Shown: positions 39,362 to 50,238 of the stretch, piece by piece | Layout of the letters: each line of letters starts with the position of its first letter | How positions within the stretch are numbered: the stretch's first letter is position 1 | Sequence record: NC_028448.1 | DNA: 64,000 bases | Source of the DNA: Escherichia phage slur14 | Reading direction: 5' to 3' (one strand) | The notes under the pieces: generated by a model | Told to the model about the DNA's origin: nothing | The model's input: the letters and a program-made list of their open reading frames with translations, nothing else | The model's database searches: none | Translations under genes and position numbers: made by a program

Positions 39362-42058
39362 TCAGCCAAACAGGAAGTCTAACGAAGCTTTTTCTTCATA
39401 GTCCATACCAGCCGATTCACACATGCCCGCAAGCGGTTTAACAAACGATTTTTGGAACAAAGTTGAGTAGTCAATCCAAGATAGTACATCAGAACGAATT
39501 TCTTTTGGAAGTTCTGTGCCCGACGGCCAAGCAATGCACTTGTCACCAAATGGATTTCCTTCACGCAATGGAAGAACCATTACTTTATTTCCATCCAAAA
39601 TTGGAGCTACACCCAGACCACTAACAGCTCGACGATAAGTTAGCACACCGCGAATATGGAACGGACATTTAAATCCTGGCCAACCTTTATCATCATATTT
39701 TGCTATATCGTTCGCAGTTTTTACTTCAGCAATAACTTTATAGTCAAGTTGACGATATTCTTTCTCGAAGTTCTTGTAGTATTCTTGGACAGACTCTTCA
39801 CCTTCCTGAAGAATACGACGAATACTTTCTTCGAGAGCTTCTTGCACTGCTTTTGGTGTTGAACTCTGTTGAGTTTCCATACCCATGATTTTTAGATGCG
39901 GTTCAGCAAATCGTTTATCTTCCATATCATAAACGTTCAGAGCATAACGCTTTTTCGCTTTCCAAAATCCACCAACGCCCTTTGAACCAAGTGGAGGGCA
40001 AGAAATAGCTTCACGGTCCATATGCATCAGATGCTCGCGATTATTCATATAATCACATAACTCACGATATGCAACATCAATCATAGGTTCCATCTTTTTC
40101 TTACCAAACTGATTCATGAATTCAACTAAATCATTTTGTTCTTTAAAGCGGTCAAGACCTACTTTTTCAATTACTTTATCTACACAAACATATACCGAAT
40201 CAGTATCACCCGCGGCAATGAAATCTTCACCATCAGTTCCACATACTTTATTTAGATATTCATTAATTTTACGAGCAATCCACTGAATACCGACTTGACC
40301 GAAAATTGTGATAGCAGTAGCATTTCGCAAATCATAGTAACGGAAATGAATATTACCAAGAGCACCGTAAAGGCTGTTAATAAGAATTTTACGGTTCAGC
40401 TGATTTGTGTTAGCAAGTGTAGCCGCTTTTTCACATTCTTCAATCAAACTATTGAGAACAGATTCAGTATAATTCGATAGTTCATTTAAGAAATCATCAC
40501 TGAACTTAACATATCGTTCAACTTCAGGTTTAGTTGAACAAGACCCTGCGCCTTTCATAATAATCTTTTTAATAGCTTCGGCATTCATTTCTTCAGCGAA
40601 CATTTTCTTTTTCCAATCTTTACGCTGGAAAAATACTTTAGCGATTTCCTTTGGAATGATACCTTCTTGATGCTTATCGTACATCCATCCATTCGGAGAA
40701 CAAGAATATTCATCACTCGGTTTAGGAGCTGTTCCTGCGATATATTCATGAATTGGATGAACTTTAAACTGACCACGAATAGTCTCAGGACTAATGTTAA
40801 CCTGACGAATAATGCTCGGATACAGAGACGTCAAGTCAAAACTCATAATATATCGACGAGCAATTGGTTTAGGTTCAAATACAAATGCACCCGGAAAACT
40901 CTGTTTAACATGCGAACCTTGCTGAGGAATAACCTTGTGTTCACCTTTCAATGAGTTAAAAATAATAGCATCCCAAGTTTTAATAGGACTCATTACACCA
41001 GAAAAAGGCATTTTAGCATAATAAGACATACTTAAAACTAGATCGATAAACCCGCGAATTTTATCAATTGCTTGAACTGATTCTACGTCAATGATGTTAT
41101 AACTAATGTATCGTTGATGATTAGTCTCACGGAGTTTATTAATAGGACCGTCGTATGGTAATTTACCTTTTTTGGTTTCATGTTGAGCAACTGATTCCAA
41201 AGAGAATGACGGCAAATTAGTAAAAGCAAATTTCTTGTACAAATCTAAATAATCAAGAATAGATACGCCATCAATAGAATAAATTTCTTTGCTACCGTAC
41301 ATATTTTGAATTAGTTTAGATTTTACCCGACCGATTGGAGAGAAGCGTTTCATACTACGTTCACCGAGAACCATTTTAACGCGATTCATGATATACGGAA
41401 CGTCAAATCCCTCAATATTCCAACCAGTAAAAATAGCAGGTCGTTTCTGTTCCCAAAGATTGATATATTCCATGAGCATATCACGCTCATTATCGAATGG
41501 CATATAAATTACTCGGTCAAGAATTTCTTGAGGAACTTCATCACCACCTTCACAGTCAAGCTTAGCAGCTAACTTTGCATCCCATTTTGATACTGAACCG
41601 TACATTGAATTCAACAAATCAAAGACGTAAAAACGATCGTCAATTGAATCATAATGAGTGATAGCATCAATTTCATATTCAGCTTTCATTGGGTCAGGAA
41701 ATTTATCACCAGTAACCTCAATGTCACAGTTAGCTACACGAACAAATTTTCGGTCATAAACAATTTCTGAACCATATGTATCACTGATATAAGCGAGTTT
41801 AAAATCGTTCATACCGAGAGCTTCGAGACCGATGTCTTCCATTCGTTTCATCCAATCTCGAGCATCTTTCATTGATGGAAATTTTTGAGGAGCGCAGTTT
41901 TTACCATAGATGTCTTTGTACTTTGACTCTTCCTTACAATGCCTAAACATAGTCGGAAGATATTCTACTTCACGAGTACGTTCCTTTCCGTTTTCATCAA
42001 TATAACGTTCAACGATGTTATTTCCGACTGTTTCAATAGAGATATAAAATTCTTTCAT
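39362..42058 (-). CDS. 43: DNA polymerase gp43
   Basis: 898 aa; family B polymerase motifs (DxxSLYPS, YGDTDS) and N-terminal exonuclease domain. Confidence 0.97.
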   Translation of the reverse strand: MKEFYISIETVGNNIVERYIDENGKERTREVEYLPTMFRHCKEESKYKDIYGKNCAPQKFPSMKDARDWMKRMEDIGLEALGMNDFKLAYISDTYGSEIVYDRKFVRVANCDIEVTGDKFPDPMKAEYEIDAITHYDSIDDRFYVFDLLNSMYGSVSKWDAKLAAKLDCEGGDEVPQEILDRVIYMPFDNERDMLMEYINLWEQKRPAIFTGWNIEGFDVPYIMNRVKMVLGERSMKRFSPIGRVKSKLIQNMYGSKEIYSIDGVSILDYLDLYKKFAFTNLPSFSLESVAQHETKKGKLPYDGPINKLRETNHQRYISYNIIDVESVQAIDKIRGFIDLVLSMSYYAKMPFSGVMSPIKTWDAIIFNSLKGEHKVIPQQGSHVKQSFPGAFVFEPKPIARRYIMSFDLTSLYPSIIRQVNISPETIRGQFKVHPIHEYIAGTAPKPSDEYSCSPNGWMYDKHQEGIIPKEIAKVFFQRKDWKKKMFAEEMNAEAIKKIIMKGAGSCSTKPEVERYVKFSDDFLNELSNYTESVLNSLIEECEKAATLANTNQLNRKILINSLYGALGNIHFRYYDLRNATAITIFGQVGIQWIARKINEYLNKVCGTDGEDFIAAGDTDSVYVCVDKVIEKVGLDRFKEQNDLVEFMNQFGKKKMEPMIDVAYRELCDYMNNREHLMHMDREAISCPPLGSKGVGGFWKAKKRYALNVYDMEDKRFAEPHLKIMGMETQQSSTPKAVQEALEESIRRILQEGEESVQEYYKNFEKEYRQLDYKVIAEVKTANDIAKYDDKGWPGFKCPFHIRGVLTYRRAVSGLGVAPILDGNKVMVLPLREGNPFGDKCIAWPSGTELPKEIRSDVLSWIDYSTLFQKSFVKPLAGMCESAGMDYEEKASLDFLFG

Positions 42059-42102
42059 AGATATTCCTTAGTTTATAGCCCGAGTTATTAGGCTCTTGAT
42101 AT

Positions 42103-42132
42103 ATTATACTCCAAATAAGGGGCCGAAGCCCC
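42103..42132 (-). promoter_or_regulatory. Hairpin (GGGGC-UUCG-GCCCC) followed by a -10 TATAAT upstream of gene 43
   Basis: Stem-loop at about 42119-42132 and TGGAGTATAAT at about 42103-42112 on the minus strand. Confidence 0.5.
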
Positions 42133-42136
42133 TTGC

Positions 42137-42358
42137 TTAAATTAGTACTATTTGTCGGTGAAAAATTGTCATTCCATCTGCATTAATTGACTTAACGACT
42201 GCGGTAAAGTGTTTTTGTTCTGGATGAATTAATTTTTGAAATTCTACCTGAAATTTTAGTTGAAGGTTTTCTGGTAAATCAAAAAGTGTTTCTGTTGCAG
42301 AAAGATTATATTTTTCTTTAAGAGACGCCATGTATTCTTGCGGAGTTATAGCAGTCAT
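42137..42358 (-). CDS. Hypothetical protein (about 73 aa) between regA and gene 43
   Basis: Internal ATG one nt after the regA stop; the track ORF 42137..42400 overlaps the regA 3' end. Confidence 0.4.
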   Translation of the reverse strand: MTAITPQEYMASLKEKYNLSATETLFDLPENLQLKFQVEFQKLIHPEQKHFTAVVKSINADGMTIFHRQIVLI

Positions 42359-42359
42359 A

Positions 42360-42728
42360 TTAATTACCAATCGTATATTTAGGAACGAGCTTCCATTCAT
42401 GTTTTTGTTTAAAAGAAATAACTCGGAAGTTATTAGTTAAATCTTTCATAAAAGTTCTTTGACCAGGAACGATTTCAATCAGTCCCCAATCTTCTAACAG
42501 CCATGCAATCGAATCACGACGAACTTCATCTTCTTCTGTCATTTCAACTTGGCGACCATCCATACGAAGCATTTCTTTAAAATGAACGATATAGTATAGT
42601 CCTTTTTTCTGAAGAATATGACAGGACTGATACAGAACTTTATCTTTATTATTAGCAATTCCCATACGAGTCAAAGTTTCTTTTACTTTCAGAAAATCTT
42701 CAGGTTTTTTAAGAGTAATTTCAATCAT
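42360..42728 (-). CDS. regA: Translational repressor RegA
   Basis: 122 aa; MIEITLKKPEDFLKVKETLTRMGIANNKDK... matches T4 RegA as recalled. Confidence 0.9.
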   Translation of the reverse strand: MIEITLKKPEDFLKVKETLTRMGIANNKDKVLYQSCHILQKKGLYYIVHFKEMLRMDGRQVEMTEEDEVRRDSIAWLLEDWGLIEIVPGQRTFMKDLTNNFRVISFKQKHEWKLVPKYTIGN

Positions 42729-42729
42729 T

Positions 42730-43293
42730 TTACCATTCCAATGCTAGTTTTTTGAGTTGTTTCTGTTCTTTTACGTTCTTAGTCACTTCTTTCAAAAAAT
42801 CATCCGTGACTAAACCTTTTAGTTCTTTTAATACTAAAGGAAGTTTTCCATTTTTAGTAAGAATTGATTTATAGTTAATTGCATCATTTGTATTAACTTG
42901 ATACCGTTTAGCAAGTAACTTAATAATCAATACTTCGGTGGAATCTTCAACCAGTTTTGCCCATTTACCATATCTTTTACCACGAGGAACTGCAGCCATC
43001 AGATAATTAAAATGAGCTTCATCACTTAAACCTGATCCAATTAAATTCATAGCATATACAGCTGGCATGCATTCAGGAAATTGTGATAATGCATTCTCAA
43101 CCATGTATTTTGAATAATCTTTTTGAGCAATAGAGCATTTAGTTTTATTATTAATAGCTCCAATTATTTCAAAAAATTCATTTTCAGCTTTTTCTTTAAA
43201 AGAATCAGCAGCGGATTGGACAGCTGTCCAATCTTTTGAATACCAAGCAACTTGATGCTCGTTTAATTGAATATCATCTTCAAATAAGCTCAT
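42730..43293 (-). CDS. 62: Clamp loader small subunit gp62
   Basis: 187 aa from the ATG just after the gene 44 stop (TGATATG). Confidence 0.85.
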   Translation of the reverse strand: MSLFEDDIQLNEHQVAWYSKDWTAVQSAADSFKEKAENEFFEIIGAINNKTKCSIAQKDYSKYMVENALSQFPECMPAVYAMNLIGSGLSDEAHFNYLMAAVPRGKRYGKWAKLVEDSTEVLIIKLLAKRYQVNTNDAINYKSILTKNGKLPLVLKELKGLVTDDFLKEVTKNVKEQKQLKKLALEW

Positions 43294-43294
43294 A

Positions 43295-44254
43295 TCACTT
43301 CCACTGCATTTCACATGCTAACTGAATGAAAAGATAAGCTAGATGCAATTCAGTATTAGCTGCAATACCATGATACTGGTTATTTTCACCAACAATTTCA
43401 TACATACGAATAATACTTTGCGGAGTTACGCGTGTATAGATTTCTTCGGCAAGTTTACCCACGAACCACGAATAATCAGCTGCATATTTTGGTGCTAAAG
43501 CTCTGAGTTGTTTAACATCTTTATTTTTGAGAGACTCAAGAACATCATCAATAGCACCACGATCGTTAGTAACCAGTGATAAAATACCAGCATCCAAAAC
43601 ACCTTTAGATGAATAACTATCGAGCTCGCCAATAGTTTTACGAAAATCAGGAAAATTCTTTTTAACCAAAGCTGCTACAACTTTCATATCAGCTATAGCA
43701 ATTCCTTCATGCTTACAGATTTCAGTCAATCGACGAATCATCTGCTTCATCATTTCAATTTTATCTTCATCGGTCGGTTGACCGAATGTAATAACTCGGC
43801 AGCGTGACTGAAGCGGTTTAATAATACCATCAATATTGTTAGCAGTAATAATAATACTACAGTTTGAACTATAAGCTTCCATAAATGAACGAAGATGTCG
43901 CTGAGACTCTGCTAGCCCTGAACGGTCAAATTCATCAATAACGATTACTTTTTGACGACCATCAAATGAAGCTGCACTGGCAAAATTAGTCAAAGGACCG
44001 CGAACGAAATCAATTTTACAGTCTGATCCATTTACAAACATCATATCAGCATTTACATCATGACACAATGCTTTTGCTACAGTTGTTTTACCTGTTCCTG
44101 GAGAAGGAGAATGAAGAATAATATGTGGAATCTTACCTTTACTTGTAATAGATTTAAAGGTTTCTTTATCAAAGGCGGGAAGAATACATTCATCGATAGT
44201 AGATGGACGATATTTCTGTTCAAGAATGTGTTCTTTTTCATTTACGGTAATCAT
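43295..44254 (-). CDS. 44: Clamp loader large subunit gp44
   Basis: About 319 aa from [17 protein letters not shown]; AAA+ Walker A ([10 protein letters not shown]). Confidence 0.9.
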   Translation of the reverse strand: MITVNEKEHILEQKYRPSTIDECILPAFDKETFKSITSKGKIPHIILHSPSPGTGKTTVAKALCHDVNADMMFVNGSDCKIDFVRGPLTNFASAASFDGRQKVIVIDEFDRSGLAESQRHLRSFMEAYSSNCSIIITANNIDGIIKPLQSRCRVITFGQPTDEDKIEMMKQMIRRLTEICKHEGIAIADMKVVAALVKKNFPDFRKTIGELDSYSSKGVLDAGILSLVTNDRGAIDDVLESLKNKDVKQLRALAPKYAADYSWFVGKLAEEIYTRVTPQSIIRMYEIVGENNQYHGIAANTELHLAYLFIQLACEMQWK

Positions 44255-44289
44255 AATTTCCTCATTCAAGTTTTAGTGTAAATTATAAA

Positions 44290-44301
44290 GGGCCGAAGCC
44301 C
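44290..44301 (-). other. UUCG-tetraloop hairpin in the 45-44 intergenic region
   Basis: GGGCCGAAGCCC. Confidence 0.5.
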
Positions 44302-44305
44302 TCTA

Positions 44306-44992
44306 TTAAAAATCGTGGGTAGAATCAGCTTCAAGAGCTACTACATAATTCGCGTGTTCACCTTCAAATTTAGCAGCACCTTGTTTACCTTTTGCCCAGA
44401 GCAGAAGTTTATAATTTCCTGGTTGCATTTTCATATTTGCCATATTGATAATGAAATTAAATGTATTTTCACCATCATAATCACCAAGAGTCAAAGAATA
44501 TTTAACACGGGTCAGAGCAGAATCTTCTACTTTATTAAAACCGTTAATTACGATTTTACCTTCTTTTACCGTGATAGCAATTGTATCAATTTGCAGACCA
44601 CGAGATACACGCAACAGTTGTTGAAGGTCTTCAGCTTTAATTTCAGTAACAACAGATGCTACCGGGAATGGAATTGGTTTATTAGGAGCAACTACTGTAC
44701 TCGGATCGGCTGCTGGCCAAAAAATTGTTGAACGAGCATCAGCAATTTTAATATTTCCATCTTCTGACTGGGAAATTTCTGCATCATCATTAACTAGAGA
44801 CAGAATACCGAGAAAACCGTTCAAATCGTAAATTGCTACATCAAAATCAATAACGTCAGAAATATTTGCTTCCGCATAAGTTGTACCATTAACTGCGCGA
44901 GTCATAATAAATTGACCGGATTTAAGCATAATGCCAGAGTTAATAGTAGCGAAATTTTTCAAAATATTCAGTGTATCTTTAGACAGTTTCAT
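44306..44992 (-). CDS. 45: Sliding clamp gp45
   Basis: 228 aa, the T4 gp45 length. Confidence 0.95.
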   Translation of the reverse strand: MKLSKDTLNILKNFATINSGIMLKSGQFIMTRAVNGTTYAEANISDVIDFDVAIYDLNGFLGILSLVNDDAEISQSEDGNIKIADARSTIFWPAADPSTVVAPNKPIPFPVASVVTEIKAEDLQQLLRVSRGLQIDTIAITVKEGKIVINGFNKVEDSALTRVKYSLTLGDYDGENTFNFIINMANMKMQPGNYKLLLWAKGKQGAAKFEGEHANYVVALEADSTHDF

Positions 44993-45047
44993 GTAATTTC
45001 CTTCAATTCAAATGAGATTTAATTTTATAACTAATTTAATAAAGCAA

Positions 45048-45437
45048 TTAACGATTAAAATCAGCCGCAATTGTTTCCGCAACAATTTGAGCAGCAACAA
45101 TTAGACGTTCATCTGCATTACCGCAATAATCATCTTCAAGACGTTCACCACATGAAGTCATAATAAATTTAGCACCGGCGTTTAGGGATTCTGTAGTATG
45201 TTTGCGCATTAGTTCAATCCATTTATTACTTACTTCACGATCGATAGCTTCATAATACGCATGACGAGCAGGTGCAGATTTAATTTTGTTCTGAATAACT
45301 TCCATTGCGTTATCAGAAAGAGACAAAACCCATGCTCGACGAATTTTATTTTGGTTTTGTGGATTTGATTCAGAACGCACGTGTTTTGGCTGAATATCTT
45401 TTACATCAACGTTATAATTCACAGTAATTTTAGTCAT
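45048..45437 (-). CDS. rpbA: RNA polymerase binding protein RpbA-like
   Basis: 129 aa, between 46 and 45 as in T4. Confidence 0.65.
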   Translation of the reverse strand: MTKITVNYNVDVKDIQPKHVRSESNPQNQNKIRRAWVLSLSDNAMEVIQNKIKSAPARHAYYEAIDREVSNKWIELMRKHTTESLNAGAKFIMTSCGERLEDDYCGNADERLIVAAQIVAETIAADFNR

Positions 45438-45446
45438 AATACACCT

Positions 45447-45635
45447 TTAGTCATAATAATCAGTAACAGTCCAAGCTTCATTTCTATTGGACATTATTTT
45501 TGTATATTCTGCTTTAAATGCATTCCTAAGCATAGATTCAGTAACTATATGCTCTTCATTAGAAAAATTATTTCTCAGAATATATCGTTTTATTTCAGGA
45601 ATAGTTAATAGATGCTGTCCAGTTGAATATTCCAT
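45447..45635 (-). CDS. Hypothetical protein (62 aa; 45.2-like)
   Basis: ORF with a GGAGG RBS. Confidence 0.5.
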   Translation of the reverse strand: MEYSTGQHLLTIPEIKRYILRNNFSNEEHIVTESMLRNAFKAEYTKIMSNRNEAWTVTDYYD

Positions 45636-45652
45636 GTTTTTCCTCCATAGAG

Positions 45653-45676
45653 ATTATACTCTAATAAATTAAAGCA
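45653..45676 (-). promoter_or_regulatory. Middle promoter (MotA box TGCTTTA, 11 bp, TATAAT)
   Basis: Exact MotA-box core and -10 on the minus strand upstream of the 62-aa ORF. Confidence 0.6.
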
Positions 45677-45690
45677 TAATCTCTTATAAA

Positions 45691-47373
45691 TTAAACCATT
45701 ACAGTAAATCGACCAACTTTCTTCATTTGAAGATGCTGACCGTATTCTTGCGGGTCATGGTCTTTATGCGAAATTATAAAAACATTAGTGTTTTTCATTG
45801 AATTTATAATATTAGCTACACCTTTAATACCTTCGGCATCAAATGACCCATCAAACACTTCATCGAGTATTAATGTACTAATACTAACACCAGATACAAT
45901 AGAAGCAATATCACGCCAAGTAAATAAAAGAGCAATATCAATTCTTGCTTTTTCACCTTCACTAAATGAAGCATAACTAAAATCTTCGCGACCACGGGAT
46001 TTAATTGTCTCATTAAATTCTTCATCTAATGTAAACACATAATCCGCTTCCATTATTTTAAGATAATGGTTAATCTGCTTATTAAATAATGGAATGTACT
46101 TTTTAATAATAGCACCTTTAATACCAGAATCTTTGAGCATATCAGTCAAAATTCCTCGGTGGTATTTTTCCATTACTAAATTAGTTTTTGTCTTAACAAT
46201 TTTATCAAGTTCTTCTTGAAGCAGTGCTATTTCATCAGCATGGTCAATAAACTCAGAAGATGCTTTTTCTATAGCCGCTTTAACTTTTTTAGCTTTATCT
46301 ACTGCTGCGATCAGAGATTGCTTTTTATTGCGAATATCATTTGCCAACGACTGCTGAGTTTTAATATTATCTCGGTATTCATCAACAAGAACTTTTAAAT
46401 TATCACGATGTGTTGAAAGCTGTTCAAACGAATGCGTGCATTCAGAAACTTTATCTTTAATTTTAGAAACAACTTTATCACCGGAACTCAATTGTGACAA
46501 ACAGGTTGGACATAATCCACCTTCGTGATACATATTAATGACTTTATTATATGAGTCAATTTTTGATTTAATTAAAACTGCTTCTTGACCGATTTTATTA
46601 AATGCATCAGTCGGGTCTTCATCTAAAACAATATTAACTAATCTTTCATTAGCTTCTTCTATTTCCGATTTTAGCGTTCTAGCTTCTTTTGCCAAATCAT
46701 CATACATATTTTGCAGACGAATAAGGTTTTCACCAGTTAATTTTTTCTGTCGTTCAACGTTATCATTATATATTTTAATTTGTTGGATAATACTATCTTT
46801 TTTAACATCAAGCACTTGGTTTTGTGAATTTAATTCACGTATTAGTGCTTTATTAAGCTTATCCATTTCAGCTAATGTTCCTACCTCGAGCAGGTCTTCC
46901 ACAAGCTTTCTTCGCGCAGGGGTCGACAAACCCATGAAAGGGGTATACCCTGCTGTACCAAGGACAACAATCTGCTTGAAACTGGCATATGACATTCCGA
47001 TAAGCTGTTCAAATTCTGCTTGGAAATCTTTACTGCTGGCAGATTCATTAAGACGTGTACCGTTAACGGTGATTTCGAAAACGTTTGGTTTTTGTCCTCT
47101 TTTGATATAGTACTTTTTCTCATCATATTCCATCCACAGTTCAACTAAAAGTTCTTTCTTATTTGTGCTGTTTATTAATTGACCTTTCTTTACATCACGA
47201 AATGGCTTGCCAAAAAGCCCAAATGTGATGGCTTCTAACATAGTAGACTTACCACCGCCATTTCGTCCAGTAATAAGAGTTTTTTGAACCTTATCTAGTT
47301 GAATGTCAATAGGATTTCCACCTACTGACATTATATTTTGATACCTAACTCGGTTTAGTTTAAAATTCTTCAC
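45691..47373 (-). CDS. 46: Recombination endonuclease subunit gp46 (Rad50/SbcC-like)
   Basis: 560 aa; Walker A (GRNGGGKST) and coiled-coil middle. Confidence 0.9.
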   Translation of the reverse strand: MKNFKLNRVRYQNIMSVGGNPIDIQLDKVQKTLITGRNGGGKSTMLEAITFGLFGKPFRDVKKGQLINSTNKKELLVELWMEYDEKKYYIKRGQKPNVFEITVNGTRLNESASSKDFQAEFEQLIGMSYASFKQIVVLGTAGYTPFMGLSTPARRKLVEDLLEVGTLAEMDKLNKALIRELNSQNQVLDVKKDSIIQQIKIYNDNVERQKKLTGENLIRLQNMYDDLAKEARTLKSEIEEANERLVNIVLDEDPTDAFNKIGQEAVLIKSKIDSYNKVINMYHEGGLCPTCLSQLSSGDKVVSKIKDKVSECTHSFEQLSTHRDNLKVLVDEYRDNIKTQQSLANDIRNKKQSLIAAVDKAKKVKAAIEKASSEFIDHADEIALLQEELDKIVKTKTNLVMEKYHRGILTDMLKDSGIKGAIIKKYIPLFNKQINHYLKIMEADYVFTLDEEFNETIKSRGREDFSYASFSEGEKARIDIALLFTWRDIASIVSGVSISTLILDEVFDGSFDAEGIKGVANIINSMKNTNVFIISHKDHDPQEYGQHLQMKKVGRFTVMV

Positions 47374-47633
47374 AAAAGATTCCTTTTAATGTATCTTTTA
47401 GACCATTCTATCATATCATCATAATCTAAAAAGTATTCATCAAATTCAGCCATGCAAACAACACCTTGTGCTGCTTTTGATGTGATATAAATTATTCCAA
47501 CATATCTAGAATCTTCTTCGGTGTAATCAATATTTGCTATGAATTCATCATTAATGTCAAATGTCGAAAACTTCACAGTATGCATCCTTAATACAAGATA
47601 CAGCCATATCTCGTAATGATTTAGGTGTGTCAT
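47370..47633 (-). CDS. Hypothetical protein (46.1-like)
   Basis: ORF; overlaps the next ORF, so the true start is uncertain. Confidence 0.45.
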   Translation of the reverse strand: MTHLNHYEIWLYLVLRMHTVKFSTFDINDEFIANIDYTEEDSRYVGIIYITSKAAQGVVCMAEFDEYFLDYDDMIEWSKRYIKRNLL

Positions 47634-47820
47634 TATCTAAAATGTTGAAGTTAAAAGATACAGCCCAGTCAGTGCAAACTGTAACCTTTTTAATACAATT
47701 ATCTTCAACCTCTAACGGTTCAAACCAATATTCAATAATTTCTTTATGCCCAATATCATCTTTTACTTCGCATTCAAAATGCTGACTCATCATAACATTT
47801 TTAAATTCATCAAAAGTCAT
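47557..47820 (-). CDS. Hypothetical protein (46.2-like)
   Basis: 87-aa ORF with ATGA overlap to gene 47. Confidence 0.5.
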   Translation of the reverse strand: MTFDEFKNVMMSQHFECEVKDDIGHKEIIEYWFEPLEVEDNCIKKVTVCTDWAVSFNFNILDNDTPKSLRDMAVSCIKDAYCEVFDI

Positions 47821-48836
47821 TGTGTTGCCTCTACATATAGCTGATTCGCATATTGAATAAGTGCTTCACGGTCAGAATCAGTGATGTCTGGAATTGCATT
47901 AATGTATTCTTCCATCAACGTCTGAAGAGATTGAACTTCAACTTCTTCACTGTCATCTGACTCGACAGAGTTATCAATTTTTGACACAACTCGTAATGAA
48001 TGCACAACTTTTTCTAGTTCAGATTCGAACTTCGTCAGATTTTTGTCTACCTCAGTTACTATAACACGTACTGATAGATTTGTAAAATCTTTATAGTCAA
48101 TTTTTCCTTTAAATGGATAATGAATTCTACGATGCCAGGTAGTATTGTTTGGAATAAATTCCATTCGTTCTGTTTCTGTATCAAACATCCAGAACCCACG
48201 AGGGTCATTCTCGTCACCTGCAGTTAGTGTCCATGGTGTCCCAATATATCTGACGTTTGCAGCCTCAGAGATAGTATGGAAGTGACCAGACCACACCTCT
48301 TTATAAGTCTTAAGGAAATCAGGTTCAAGACCGTGAGATTTCATTCCTTTATAAAAATAAAATCCATTCAGTTCCCAGTGACCAACACAAAAAGAAGCAG
48401 ATGAAGTTTTGATGTGCTCAAGAATTTCACCAGTATTTTCTTCGCACATCCAAGGAATTAAATCAATTAAACATCCGTCAAAATCGACTGTAGTAGGCTT
48501 ATCATATACTTTAACATTAGGATATTTAGCCAAAAGCTCAGTAGAGGCATTTGGATGCATTACATTTTTGTAGTGGAGATCGTGATTTCCTACAATAGTA
48601 TGTAATGTGATTCCAGCACCATCAAGCATTTGAACTATTTCACGGGCAAACTCCATAGTTTTATGTGTGATTGCTTTTCGCACATCAAAAATATCACCGT
48701 ATTGAATCCAGGTAGTAATTCCATTTTTCTTAGAATATTCTATCGCTTGCTTAATTCCATCAATTTGAATACCGCGAATCCACTCATCATCAGCTTTAAC
48801 GCCTAAATGCCAATCACCTAAATTTAAAATTTTCAT
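47817..48836 (-). CDS. 47: Recombination endonuclease subunit gp47 (Mre11/SbcD-like)
   Basis: 339 aa; calcineurin-like phosphoesterase motifs (GDWH, GNHD). Confidence 0.9.
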   Translation of the reverse strand: MKILNLGDWHLGVKADDEWIRGIQIDGIKQAIEYSKKNGITTWIQYGDIFDVRKAITHKTMEFAREIVQMLDGAGITLHTIVGNHDLHYKNVMHPNASTELLAKYPNVKVYDKPTTVDFDGCLIDLIPWMCEENTGEILEHIKTSSASFCVGHWELNGFYFYKGMKSHGLEPDFLKTYKEVWSGHFHTISEAANVRYIGTPWTLTAGDENDPRGFWMFDTETERMEFIPNNTTWHRRIHYPFKGKIDYKDFTNLSVRVIVTEVDKNLTKFESELEKVVHSLRVVSKIDNSVESDDSEEVEVQSLQTLMEEYINAIPDITDSDREALIQYANQLYVEATQ

Positions 48837-48971
48837 ATATCAAGAACCGTCATTGAAATGCAAAATAAAATTATTGAAATAAATCCATCTGGAGTGCTAA
48901 AGAACCCAATCCAACATGCTCTAGTGAATAGATAAAATGCAAGAAAAAGTATCACATATCCAAGAAATATC

Positions 48972-49011
48972 ATTATATCAAACTCCGTATAAAGCTAAAG
49001 GGCCGAAGCCC
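48972..49011 (-). promoter_or_regulatory. UUCG hairpin immediately followed by a middle promoter (AGCTTTA, 12 bp, TATAAT)
   Basis: GGGCUUCGGCCC directly after the alpha-gt stop, then a MotA-box-like element and -10. Confidence 0.55.
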
Positions 49012-49012
49012 T

Positions 49013-50215
49013 TTATTTTGTAATAATGTCAAACTGTTCTTTAAAACAGAAGCTTGAATCTTGATGCTGATACAAAAATTCATATGCTTTTTCTCGCTCA
49101 CGGTCATAAAGAGCTCGGTCAGATGACAGTTCTTTAATACGCTCGAATGTTGATTCCATGTCATTTTCATCAAACCAAATGATACCGCTATCATGCGAGG
49201 TCAAAGGAGTATTATCAACACGGAATTTTAAATTTTCGCCAGTAGATTTCCAGAAAACAGGAATTGTACCGCAAGCACCTAATTCAAGATGAGTATATTC
49301 TAGTGAGCGTTGTAAGTATTTCTGGTTAAGTTTACTCAACTGATATCCAAAGCCAGATTTACTCATTCGTTCAAGCATTTCACTATTAATATAACAATCT
49401 AGGATTTGTGCCGGTTGATTCGGCGTGAGATTCATTTTATCGATCTCACGATTACCGTAATATTCATACGGAATACCTTTTTCCTTAATTGCAATAAAAG
49501 CAGGGGAACGTTCAAGACCTTCCATTACAGTGGATTTACCAGCAGGTTTTAAGAATTTTTCGTGAAAATCAAACATCTGGTAAAAACCTTTCCATGTAGT
49601 CGTACGACCAATCCAACGATTGATATTCATGTTAATTTCAGAAACATCTTTCCAGTAGGTTGATCGAACTTTCGCAATATCCATAGGAGGCTGAAAGTTA
49701 TATACGGTCGGTGCTTCTTCAATATCATCAAACAGAGAAACAGTTTCCGGATACCATTCTTTCATCAAAACTTTATTAAAGTCACCATTATCAGAATGGC
49801 TAAAAATAACATCAGCTCGACGAACAGTTTCTTCTAATCCCAAATTTCGACGCAAAGAAAGAACAGAATGATCATGCTGATAAACTACAACACGAATAGA
49901 AGGTTTAATATTATCTAAAAGTTTTTTATAGTTATTAATCGTGGCTTCTTGAACGGAAGTAGCAGGAACAGAATTAATAATTAGAATATCACAATCATTT
50001 ACCAGCTTAAGTGCTTTATCGTATTCTTTAGCTAAAATAACTGGAATTGAAAATGATTTGTGGTCATGAGAACTTGTACGAGTAAATGATTTATCTTTAG
50101 CATAAACCAAAGTTACTTCATGACCATTCTTAATAAACCAATCACGTTGCTCAAGAGAAAATTTAGTTACACCACAACCTTCAAGACCTCGAGCCATAAA
50201 AATACATACTTTCAT
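49013..50215 (-). CDS. a-gt: DNA alpha-glucosyltransferase
   Basis: 400 aa; length, position and remembered N-terminus (CIFMARGLEGCGVTKFSLEQRDWF) fit T4 alpha-gt. Confidence 0.85.
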   Translation of the reverse strand: MKVCIFMARGLEGCGVTKFSLEQRDWFIKNGHEVTLVYAKDKSFTRTSSHDHKSFSIPVILAKEYDKALKLVNDCDILIINSVPATSVQEATINNYKKLLDNIKPSIRVVVYQHDHSVLSLRRNLGLEETVRRADVIFSHSDNGDFNKVLMKEWYPETVSLFDDIEEAPTVYNFQPPMDIAKVRSTYWKDVSEINMNINRWIGRTTTWKGFYQMFDFHEKFLKPAGKSTVMEGLERSPAFIAIKEKGIPYEYYGNREIDKMNLTPNQPAQILDCYINSEMLERMSKSGFGYQLSKLNQKYLQRSLEYTHLELGACGTIPVFWKSTGENLKFRVDNTPLTSHDSGIIWFDENDMESTFERIKELSSDRALYDREREKAYEFLYQHQDSSFCFKEQFDIITK

Positions 50216-50238
50216 TTAATATCCTCTTTGTTTTGGTT

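Noticed and set aside
48840-48973. Possible 46-aa hydrophobic ORF between gene 47 and alpha-gt
   Set aside because: Its ATG overlaps the -10 of the middle promoter, so it would not be on the transcript from that promoter; expression unsupported.
48973-49194. Track ORF 48973..49194 (73 aa)
   Set aside because: Overlaps the 3' end of alpha-gt out of frame and spans the terminator hairpin and promoter; not coding.
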